A stretch of 64,000 nt of DNA, from assembly GCA_963813025.1 (NCBI GenBank), contig CAWEXO010000009.1:1-64000 (forward strand), given 5' to 3'. Source of the stretch: an uncultured Verrucomicrobiae bacterium. GTDB taxonomy: Bacteria > Verrucomicrobiota > Verrucomicrobiia > Chthoniobacterales > JAFAMB01. Under the pieces are notes generated by a model, which saw only the letters and a list, made by a program, of their open reading frames with translations, ran no database searches and was not told the origin of the DNA. Shown piece after piece: positions 8,459 through 17,687 of the stretch (position 1 is the first letter of the stretch; every line of letters starts with the position of its first letter). A program made the position numbers and the translations under genes.

Positions 8459-11400
8459 ACACTACCGAAAAACCGGTGACACTCAGCGCCGGGACGTTCG
8501 TAAAAAGCCCCGAAGGTTGGTTCAGTTTCCGGCGGGGGCGTTCCGCTGCGCTCGCCTCGGCGGCGTTGGCGGCGGTCGCTTATTGCGTCTTGTTGGCCTC
8601 GAGCCCTCCGGAGCCCGTGCCCCGGCCCTTTTCTTTCGACCCTTCAGCCTCTTGGATCAGCACCAACGCGACTCACCAGTCGACGGGCTGTTACCGTCTT
8701 GAGCTCTCGATCCCGGCGACCGTGGTCAACGCTTGGATCGTCCTGGCCGCGCACGGTGGATTTGAAGTTCTGGCAAACGGGAAGCGTTGCGCACAGATGT
8801 TTTTGTCGCGTCCGCCTCGCGCATTCCAGCGTGGGTTGAGCGAAACCGGCCAGCGGCTCCGTTCCGACGGGGCAGTCATTTCTTTTTTTTATCCCCAGTA
8901 TCAATGGTCCCAAAATGACGGTGCCGAACTGCCGACCTGGGTGGATTTGACATCCGCCTTACATCCCGGGCGCAACGCGCTATGCGTCGAAGTTGAAAGC
9001 TCGGACACCACGCCGGCGTTGATTGTGTCTGGTGAAGTGTTACTTAAGACCGGTGAAAAAATCCCGATCCGGAGCGGATCGGCGTGGGCAGCGGAACCCG
9101 TTCCGCGAACCCCGGTGCAGGACGATTGGACCGACGCCCAATCGCGCGTTTTGGACGGGATCACGCAAAGGTGCTCGCCTTGAAGCAGCGCTTTTGGCGT
9201 CTGGTTCCCGCGGGTGCTTACCAAGAGCCATTTCGCGGACAGCGGATTCGTTCGGTGACGACCGACTCTATCAGTCGGGTTCAACAAGAATGGGATTTGC
9301 CCCAAAAACCGGTCGAAGCGTTCTTGCGGGTTGCGACAGACGCGCCTTTTCAGGTCTGGGTTAACGGCCGCCCTGGTCAGCCCGTAACCGGTGCTGAAAG
9401 CGTCCTTGGCTCCGGCCCTTGGTTCGTCCAGGGCGCCCGCGGCAGCGCGTTGCAGGTCGGGATGGACGCCTCGCCGGAGCGGCTTGATTCCCAGGAAGTC
9501 GTCGCTCCGCGGCTTGGCCAACGCGACGAAAGCCCGCCGCTCGGCACCGCGGAAGTTAATCCCCTGAGACCCCGTTCGAGCACCCCTCCGGCGTTAACTC
9601 GCGATCGGCGAAGTGTGGAATTTCTGGCCTCCAGCATCACGTCGCTCCTACGGCCAGGTAAAAACACGATACGAATCGGTTTGTACAAGGAAGAACCGCA
9701 AGCTGTCGGGTTGAGCTGGCGACCAATGTTAGCGTTCGATGGAGGAGCTCGGTTGGCGGACGGCGGATCTTCGTCGTTCGCGAGCGGCGGAGAAAGCCGC
9801 TGCTTTTCCGGCGACCTGGAGAGCGGCAACCCGCACTTGGTCTCCGTGAGCGTCGATGGCCCCCTCGATCCCGCATCGCTTCCCGCCAAGAATTTCCTCG
9901 GACACGCCAACCCCAATCGACCGTGGTTTTTCTTCTGCATGGCCTTTTTTTGCGTTTGTGCCGGGCTCCTGCTGATCGGCGCGGCACGAGCGCCGCGCCT
10001 GGCACGCCTGCTTGAAAGCTACGACGCGTTTTGCTCGATTTTGGTCGGGTGGATCGGCGCAGGCGTGCTGCTGCGCTCCGCAATGTTGGAGCGCAGCGAT
10101 GCCCTATTTTGGCGTTTACCCAGCGCACCACTGCTGTTGCTGAGTGTGGGGCTAATCGGCGCCGTGCTGGTCGGGGTGGTGAAGGCGAGGCGCAAGCATG
10201 CAAACCTTCGCACACCTGCACCAAGGTCCAGAACCCGACTATTCGGGAAGCGAGAGCGGTGGCAATTGTTGGGGGGTTTGGCCATCTTATTGTGCTTCGT
10301 GGTACGGGCCTGGCAGATCGATCGACAGCCGATCGACGACGACGAATACGCTTCGGTGCAGGCCTCCCTGGCCATCGCCGCGAAAGGTGTGCCGGAGATA
10401 CAGGAAGGCATTTGGTACACCCGCAGCCCCCTCTACCACTATTTGGCGGGTGCCGTGGCCATGGTGTCCGGCGGCAACATCTTTAGCCTGCGGCTCTTGT
10501 CAGTCCTCACGGCTTGCGCCACGGCAATACTGCTTTGCAAATTATCCCGGCAACTCACGCCCAACAGGTTCGTCGCTTTTTGCGCCCTGCTTTTTTTCGC
10601 GATTCATCCGTATTTGGCGTATACGGGTCACAACGCCCGCTTCTACCAACAACAACAATTTTTTCACCTTCTCGCCGTCTATTTTTTCTTTCGCGGCTTT
10701 GTCGCGAACTCCGGGATGAGGGACCGGTACCTGATGGTGTTGGCTCTTTTGGCGGCAGCGTTGAGCCAAGAAATCACCGTGCTCCAACTGCTGCCGTTCG
10801 CGATTTGCTTCGCTCTATTCGCGCAGCGACGATCCTGGGGCGACGAGGTCCGACTCTTAGTCGTCGCCAGCTGCGCCCTCGCAGTGATCGCCCTGGACGT
10901 TGGCTTTTTCCAGGTCAGGTGCATGACGGCACTTGAAGGCGTGTCCCCGAACGTCGAAGCCACGATCGGATGGAGTTTTGACACTCCCATGAATTTCTTG
11001 ACGATGTTCATCGGTTACTCGCGCGTGCATTTGGTGCTCAGCACTTTTCTGATGGCCGGTTTTGTGATCACCCTTTGGCGCAGAAAACGGGCCTGGCTTT
11101 GCCTGTACCTTTACCTCTTCCTCAGCGTGGTAGCCGTCAACCTGTTTATCACGGGCAAGAGCTTGCGGTTCCAGAATGGCCTGATTCCGATTTGGATCCT
11201 CCTGTCTGTTTACGGCATGGTCGAGTGCGCCAAGCTTATGCTCCCTCGGAGGGAACACTTCGCTGACCGGATCGCGCTTACCGCCGGCTGGCTTGCCATC
11301 ACCGTCCTCTCCTGGAGCCCGTGGCGAATTCTCGAGTCCTATGATCAGCGCATTCCGTCCGATTCCACCGGGGCGCTACGATTCGTGGCCGAAAACCGCC

Positions 11401-11801
11401 GGACCGAGGATCGCCTCGCCATCGCCGAGCCCGCTCCCAACGCGGCAACGGTCGAGAAACAACCGGCCGACTACGGCATTTCCATTCCCGTCTACTACGA
11501 CTACTTTGTGCGTCGGCAGGGAGCCTTGGTCGATCGCAACGGGGGGGCGCAGCTCATCGGTTCCCTCGACGACCTTCAACAAGCCGTTGCCAAGAACGAG
11601 AGGCTCTGGATTCTGGTCAGCCGAAAAAAAATGCAGGGAACTGAGGTTGCCTGGGGATTCCCGACCTCCCGTTTCCACCTTTACCTCCACCAAAATGCTC
11701 GTCTGGTCTTTCGGTGTTACGCTTGGAGCGTGTACCTCTGGGACCGGAACGCAGGCCACTATTCCTCCTTTAGTGAGAAGCCCGGCAACTGGTTTGAATG
11801 A
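8455..11801 (+). CDS. Very large (~1110 aa) GT-C (PMT_2/ArnT-like) glycosyltransferase with N-terminal beta-sandwich domains; frameshift at ~9165
   Basis: ORFs 8455-9183 and 9084-11801 join. The beta-domain pattern repeats (FEVLANG..LTSALHPGRNALCV; FQVWVNG..ITSLLRPGKNTIRI). The GT-C part has IDDDEYAS, SPLYHYL, ARFY and many TM helices. Confidence 0.8.
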
Positions 11802-11847
11802 ACCCCAGGCTGCAATAAGAGCATGAGCCTTAACAAGAAACCATCCT

Positions 11848-12888
11848 ATGATCGAGCAACCTCGTAGGAAGAACTTGGTTTGGGCGCTGGCGATGGGAGC
11901 CACTTCTATTTGCCTCCTCCCGACACACGTTGTGGGGAGCGTGGCCGACGAGCTGCGCTTCGAAACCAGTGATTTTATGAGAAACCAGGCGTATCGGCAG
12001 CCCGATCGAGTCGCTAAAGACGTCTCCTCTTCCGGCGCGCAAGGTGGTATCAACAGACGTTGGGAGCAAAGCCGCCGCGGCCCTTGGTATATCGAGGAGC
12101 AAAGGTTCGGAGAAAATGCCGTGTGCGCCGGGCTCGCCCAGCAGGATCCCACCGCCATCGAGCGTGGCCTAAAAGTCCTCCACTGGGGCTTTGAGCAGCA
12201 ACAGCCGGATGGTTCTTTTCAGTGCCCGGATGCTTTCCACAGTACCTCGTTTTTTGTGGAGGCAGCAGCTCACGCCTGCCTACTGCTGAGCGCGAGCGCC
12301 TTCTCCGAGCGTTATGCTCAGGAAATCGATTGGCTGCGGCCGCGCGTTCTCAAAGCCGCCTTATGGATGGCGCAACCGGAGGTCGAAAGTCGAGGTCGTC
12401 GCCACAACGAGCCTTTTACGCATCGATGCTATTTGGTGGCGGCCGCCTTCGGCGAAGCAGGCGTTCTTTGCGGGAACCGTTTTCTGATCGACAATTCCAC
12501 AAGTTATATTCACGCCGGGATCAGCCGACAGGACCCTTCCGGGTTCAATCCCGAAAAAGGCGGTTATGATTGCAGCTACCAGGCAGTCGGACTGGTCTTC
12601 GCCGAGCGCTACTACGAAATCGTCGCGCAGGGGGAACTGAAACAGGCGCTCGATGGCATGTTGGCGCGAGCGACTGCGTGGCTCGCCAGCCGCGTTCGTC
12701 CGGATGGCACAATTGACGCCACCGGAAACACTCGGACCGGGCTGGCCCAAGAGAAGACTCGAGGAGGCAAAACAAAAAAGGTGAGTTATGGCCAGACCAT
12801 GCGTACATTTTACCATTGGTATTCAATCAGTGGTGATTCTGTATTTGATCGACTTGCCAACGCCGTCGCCATGGCCCAAGCCGTTTAA
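11848..12888 (+). CDS. Exported protein with predicted alpha/alpha-toroid fold (lyase/epimerase-like, uncertain)
   Basis: N-terminal signal; QQQPDGSF, RQDPSGFNPEKGGYDCSYQ and RVRPDGTI repeats between amphipathic helices. Confidence 0.7.
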   Translation: MIEQPRRKNLVWALAMGATSICLLPTHVVGSVADELRFETSDFMRNQAYRQPDRVAKDVSSSGAQGGINRRWEQSRRGPWYIEEQRFGENAVCAGLAQQDPTAIERGLKVLHWGFEQQQPDGSFQCPDAFHSTSFFVEAAAHACLLLSASAFSERYAQEIDWLRPRVLKAALWMAQPEVESRGRRHNEPFTHRCYLVAAAFGEAGVLCGNRFLIDNSTSYIHAGISRQDPSGFNPEKGGYDCSYQAVGLVFAERYYEIVAQGELKQALDGMLARATAWLASRVRPDGTIDATGNTRTGLAQEKTRGGKTKKVSYGQTMRTFYHWYSISGDSVFDRLANAVAMAQAV

Positions 12889-13013
12889 CGGTGGTGATTT
12901 CTTTGGTAGCGACCGAGCCTGTTCCGCGACCCATGAATGTCCGAGGAAATCGCCAAGCGGACGAGCAGAAGGCCTCGCATGGAGGCGGCCACGGTGTGCA
13001 CGGAGTGATTGAC

Positions 13014-13451
13014 TTATATTACAATTCGGTTGTTGCGCTCTGGATGAAGATAAACTTTTGAAGCCAAGGACGGAGTCACCGACATAATTGAAATGCGGAA
13101 TCTCCGCGCCGTTAAAGATAAGCCATTTTTAAACCCGCAGGAATTCCCCAGCACAACACCGTCTCCGAAAATGACGTTCTCCCGGATGTAACAACCACTT
13201 CGGATCTGACAATTGTTGCCAATCCAGCCCGGCCCGAGCACGGTTGCTCCACTTTTAACAGTAGTACCATGCCCGATGTACATTGCCGAACTGATATGAG
13301 GACGCCCGATTAGGCGACCGTGAACGGCCGACTTGACCCGGAATTGCAGGTAGCGAGCGATTTGTTTTACGGCATCCCAGAGCTGGGGACTGTTATCGAG
13401 TAAGGTCCGATGTTCAGTTTGGGCACGGTCGAAGTAGTTGGATCGGGCAAC
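13014..13451 (-). pseudogene. Truncated, frameshifted GlmU-like hexapeptide-repeat protein
   Basis: SNYFDRAQTEH..LWDAVKQIARYLQFR..GPGWIGNNCQIRSGCYIRENV, shift near 13120 to IFNGAEIPHFNYVGDSVLG, then loss of similarity; no start codon. Confidence 0.8.
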
Positions 13452-13453
13452 CT

Positions 13454-13501
13454 GGCACGCGGTTGCGCAGCTCCTCTACCAGCACCCGCTCGTTTTCCGA
13501 G
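13454..13501 (-). repeat. 48-bp remnant of an acetolactate synthase 3' end (copy of 22395-22442)
   Basis: 43/48 identical; encodes SENERVLVEELRNRVP versus SENERVLVDELRNRVP. Confidence 0.9.
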
Positions 13502-13872
13502 CGGACGGCACCTATGTACAGGCTTTCGGAAAAAAACCACAGCTTACGAAGCTCGGGGCCAGCGCAGGTCGCATTTGTCAAAAATGTAACATTCACGCGG
13601 ATTATTCTGGCATTGTCCGTGCTGGTCTGGAAGGGGTATAGCAGTCGTAATCGATGAGATGAGGGTTGCGTACAAGATGCGGATGCCATTGCTCCCCAAT
13701 ATTCTAATGGAGATCCAACAATGCCAGAAATCACGAGCTCGTGAAAGTTTGGCTATCTTTGTTGAAATACCAATCTGGACGGCTTCTTTTAAACACCGCG
13801 TCAAAACGAAGGCAGCTTGCCATTCTGGTACGTAGAGCGGTCACATTTTCAAATGGCTAAAAAGATCTTATC

Positions 13873-13888
13873 TGGCACCGATCGTGCT
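13873..13888 (+). promoter_or_regulatory. sigma54 -24/-12 promoter (copy 2)
   Basis: TGGCACcgatcGTGCT, GG-N10-GC. Confidence 0.75.
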
Positions 13889-13932
13889 CAGCAGTTAGCT
13901 GGTAACTAATTATTGAGGCGACAGATAAGGCT

Positions 13933-14031
13933 ATGCAGAACAGAACAGCCGCCCGGGTATTCCGACACTCTAACGTGAGCGCCCTAGCTACTAAGTTCAA
14001 TGCGGGTGAGTTATTTCTGCCCGATCCCTAG
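13933..14031 (+). CDS. Putative 32-aa small ORF MQNRTAARVFRHSNVSALATKFNAGELFLPDP
   Basis: Homologue of 1510-1623 at the same position relative to the promoter. Confidence 0.35.
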   Translation: MQNRTAARVFRHSNVSALATKFNAGELFLPDP

Positions 14032-14463
14032 AGCGCATATTATTTATCGATTCCGATCACAGATCTCCGAGATGGCATAACCAGCTTATTCACAAGTTGT
14101 CAAAACGGGGGAACCTCACTTCCCGATGAAACGCTCGACCCGACCGGGAATACTCGGACGAGGACTGGGTCAGGAGCAGAGCCGAAACAACATTCCAAAA
14201 AAGATCGCCTATGCGTCAGCCTACAGCGCGCTTTACCGTTGGTCGCTAGTAAGCGGTGCTCCCGCCTTCGAGGGCTTGGCGGAAAAGGTCCCGGCCGGAG
14301 AAGCTGTCTCTAAACGCCAAGTTCGGCAAGGAATGATCGTCGGCCAAGAGGTTAACAAAAGAATCTAACTGACAGCGCTATTATCAGCTGGTAGAGTTTC
14401 AGGCTGTTTCTAAATCAAGGATGTGTTTAAACCAAAGAATCCAAGTTACAGGGAATTAATTCT

Positions 14464-16455
14464 ATGAAGGTTCTTCGCCTGATTGTAGTTCTTCTTTCGA
14501 CATCGTTTTCTTTCTTATTTTCCGGCGTCATGGCGGATGTGCTCACGTTTCATAATGACACTAATCGGTATGGTGCCAACCGGGACGAAATCGCATTGAC
14601 CCCGCTGAACGTTAACACGAACTCGTTCGGATTGCGATTTACTCTCCCTGTCGACGATAAAGTATACGCGCAACCGCTCTATGTTTCCAGTGTACCGGTG
14701 GGGGGTCAGCTACCCCGTCACAATCTGCTAATTGTCGCTACCGAGCATGACGTCGTGTACGCTTTTGACGCGGACTCGGGAGCTCAAATGTGGCAAACTT
14801 CCTTACTCGGAGCGAACGAGGTTTGGTCGGACGACAGAAACTGCGGTGATCTCACGCCTGATATCGGCGTTACCGGCACGCCGGTCATCGATCGCGGGGT
14901 GTTACCATACGGTAGAATCTACGTGGTTGCGATGAGCAAGACGGCAGGTTCGACAACGTACTTCCAGCGTTTGCACGCCCTTGATCTCGCGACCGGACAG
15001 GACGTCCAAGCCCCCGTGACGATTCAAGCATCCTACCCGGGCAGCGGTCCTGGTAACGACGGCAAGGGTAATGTGATTTTCAACCCTGCGACGCAAAGAC
15101 AACGTGCGCCCTTGTTGCTTTTCAACGGCACAATCTATATCGGGTGGGCATCATTTTGTGATCACGCGCCTTACACTGGATGGATAATGGGGTATAACGA
15201 AAATACGCTGGCCCAAACCGCTGTCCTGAATGTCAATCCGAATGGCACACCGATCAGTACTCATCTTCCCGATGGTTCCGGGAACGGGATATGGGGGGGC
15301 GCTGGCTTAGCCGAGCGCAGCGGCAATATTTATGTTGCGATCGGCAATGGCCCGTTCGACAGCAATCTCGACGCCAATGGGTTTCCGAGCGATCACGATT
15401 TCGGAAATACATTTTTGAAGTTGTCGCCAAATCTTTTGGTTACCGACTATTTTACCCCATATAACCAGGCCCAGTTGGCCGCCTCGGACAGTGATCAAGG
15501 CTCGGGAGGAGTCATGCTCTTGCCTGACCTGACGGACGCCAATAATATAGTCCGGCACCTCGGCGTGAACGGTGGGAAGGATGGAAATCTCTACCTGATA
15601 GACCTGGATAACCCGGGGAAATTCATCCCTGGGGCAACGAGCAACAGCAATGTTTACCAGGAGTTGCTTCAAGCGGTGCGAACCGGGCTTTATTGTGCAC
15701 CTGCCTACTTCAATACTGCCATTTATTGCGGCCCCCAGAAACATGCGCTGAAGCGATTTAAAATCAGCCACGCGCAACTGATTGCCTCCTCGAGCACCGC
15801 GAACACCTTTGGTTTTCCAGGCACTACTCCGTCCATTTCTTCCTTTGGAACGACTAATGCGATCGTCTGGGCATATGAGGACACCACCGGGACCGAAACT
15901 GGCAATCCGGTTTTGCACGCTTATGACGCACTGAATTTAGCTAGTGAGCTTTACAACAGCACCCAGAAACCTCAGGACAATTTCGGCAGCGGCACAGCGA
16001 ACAAATTCATCACCCCTACGATCTGCAACGGTAAGGTGTATGTAGGTACCGCGACCTTAGTCGCTGCGTTTGGTTTATTACCACCCATCACGACGGCTGC
16101 TGATTTGAGTACCAATGTGCAGATTGCATTTCAGCCGCCACGATTTAACTCCTCGACACGGCAATACACTCAGTCAGCGACTTTGACCAACACAAGCGGC
16201 GGAAACTTGAATCTTCCGGTCTCATTAGTCTTCGACAACCTGAGCGCCAATGCTGCGCTTGCCAATGCATTCGGAGCAACGTCCAGCACAAGCCCCTCCG
16301 GCAGTTCATACATCAATTTTCCGCTCACAAGCCCTCTGGCACCTGGGCAAAGTGTTACCGCCCAACTCGTTTGGATTGACTCAGATCAACCCCCGACTCC
16401 GCCGGCTATTTCTTTCACTGGAGTCCGTGTATTGGCCGGGCCTAACTCTCGTTGA
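14464..16455 (+). CDS. Secreted PQQ-like beta-propeller protein with a C-terminal beta-sandwich domain
   Basis: Signal peptide; DVLTFHND..RYGAN, VYAQPLY, VYAFDADSG..W, GVTGTPVID, DYFTPYN, KFITPTICNGKVYVGT. Confidence 0.85.
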   Translation: MKVLRLIVVLLSTSFSFLFSGVMADVLTFHNDTNRYGANRDEIALTPLNVNTNSFGLRFTLPVDDKVYAQPLYVSSVPVGGQLPRHNLLIVATEHDVVYAFDADSGAQMWQTSLLGANEVWSDDRNCGDLTPDIGVTGTPVIDRGVLPYGRIYVVAMSKTAGSTTYFQRLHALDLATGQDVQAPVTIQASYPGSGPGNDGKGNVIFNPATQRQRAPLLLFNGTIYIGWASFCDHAPYTGWIMGYNENTLAQTAVLNVNPNGTPISTHLPDGSGNGIWGGAGLAERSGNIYVAIGNGPFDSNLDANGFPSDHDFGNTFLKLSPNLLVTDYFTPYNQAQLAASDSDQGSGGVMLLPDLTDANNIVRHLGVNGGKDGNLYLIDLDNPGKFIPGATSNSNVYQELLQAVRTGLYCAPAYFNTAIYCGPQKHALKRFKISHAQLIASSSTANTFGFPGTTPSISSFGTTNAIVWAYEDTTGTETGNPVLHAYDALNLASELYNSTQKPQDNFGSGTANKFITPTICNGKVYVGTATLVAAFGLLPPITTAADLSTNVQIAFQPPRFNSSTRQYTQSATLTNTSGGNLNLPVSLVFDNLSANAALANAFGATSSTSPSGSSYINFPLTSPLAPGQSVTAQLVWIDSDQPPTPPAISFTGVRVLAGPNSR

Positions 16456-16531
16456 AGCCGTTTTCTTGCTTTACAAAACTCAATCGTCCGAGCGATAATC
16501 GCGCATTCCTCGAATCAAGGAAGAACAGCCC

Positions 16532-17185
16532 ATGAAAAAAAGCACTGCCTTAGCCATGATGGCTGCCTGCTGTCAGGCTGTCGCCACCTTTGCCGGCGAA
16601 TCGGTAACGTCGTCCAAAGCCGTGGTGGCTCCGCCACCTCCGCCTGCCCCTACCTCCTACTTCCGTGCCGACGAGTGGAGTTTGGGTGCATTCGCAACTT
16701 ACGACAAATCGTTTAATAAGAGTCGCCTTGCCATCGGCGAACACGCCTGGGGAGGCGGACTTAGCCTGAGCTACTTTCCTTGGTTATATGCCGGATTCCG
16801 GATCAAGGGCACCGTCGTCAGCACCCATCCAGGGGACGACACCGTTGGTGACGTGACCGGCGACTTCATCCTGCGCTTCCCGATGGATATTCCGGCCCAA
16901 CCGTGGGGCGGATTCGCCCAGCGATTTAAGCTGCATCTGGCACCTTACGCCTATGCCGGTGTCGGTGGAGTTTTTTCGTCCACCGAAGGTTTCGAGCACT
17001 TCGTCCGAAACGAAGTCCGCGGCCGCAGTAACACGGACAATCGCGTGCTGGGTGATTTCGGCGGTGGCTTAGAATACCGCTTTACCCCGCACATTGGTAT
17101 TTTTGGGGAGACCGGATACCACGTCGTTGATGGTCCGAAGAACAATTATCTTCAGACTAACTTTGGCGTGAAATTTGCCTTCTAG
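16532..17185 (+). CDS. Outer-membrane beta-barrel protein
   Basis: Signal peptide, Pro-rich linker, GGGLEYRFTPHIGIF, terminal FGVKFAF. Confidence 0.9.
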   Translation: MKKSTALAMMAACCQAVATFAGESVTSSKAVVAPPPPPAPTSYFRADEWSLGAFATYDKSFNKSRLAIGEHAWGGGLSLSYFPWLYAGFRIKGTVVSTHPGDDTVGDVTGDFILRFPMDIPAQPWGGFAQRFKLHLAPYAYAGVGGVFSSTEGFEHFVRNEVRGRSNTDNRVLGDFGGGLEYRFTPHIGIFGETGYHVVDGPKNNYLQTNFGVKFAF

Positions 17186-17204
17186 GAAGGTAATAATTAA
17201 CCGT

Positions 17205-17237
17205 AAAAGCCGATCGGAGGATCGGTCGGTTTTTGTT
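17205..17237 (+). terminator. Intrinsic terminator
   Basis: AAAA-GCCGATCG-loop-CGGTCGGT-TTTTGTT (stem includes G:U pairs), 20 nt after the stop. Confidence 0.65.
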
Positions 17238-17687
17238 CAGTCGTCTTCTTGGGGTCCTTAAGACTTGGAGCATATGACAGGGCCGACAAGGGTCCTGAGG
17301 TTTTGGAGACGGTTATACGTATTCGCGACGGAGATACTAAAAAAAGCCAAACCACGGCCTCCCTGCGGGCCAAAAGCTTTTCCACCGCTACGCTGGAACT
17401 TCGCCGATAGATGCCACCCCGGGCATGCACAGTTCGGCAGTCGAGAGTGAATGGTGCCTCTTTTTGGGACAATCCAACGGAAACTGACCGTTCTCCGCGT
17501 GCTCTGGCGATGACGAGCGTGTTTGACTGCTTGACGAACCCGATCGCATTTCACTATCGTCTCAACAACCCCCATCCTACTTTCCATTTGGCCGAACGAA
17601 CTCTGGCTGGTGTTCGCGGCGTAGGTCCTACGGAATCGGCTCGATCGGCCGGGAGAGTCCTTTGGGAACAACATTGGTTTCACAACT

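Larger units (their letters stand above)
13573..14104 (+). repeat. Copy 2 of the ~550-bp regulatory module
   Basis: Colinear with 1117-1680; TGTcaaaaatgtaACA at 13576-13591. Confidence 0.95.

Noticed and set aside
12939..12955. 16-bp inverted match to 38068-38083
   Set aside because: About one such match is expected by chance in 64 kb, and the similarity does not extend.
1661..14094. Replication origin from DnaA boxes
   Set aside because: Only single boxes 12 kb apart; no cluster and no dnaA/dnaN context.
14126..14368. 80-aa ORF between cassette copy 2 and the propeller gene
   Set aside because: No RBS, motif or counterpart after copy 1; unsupported.
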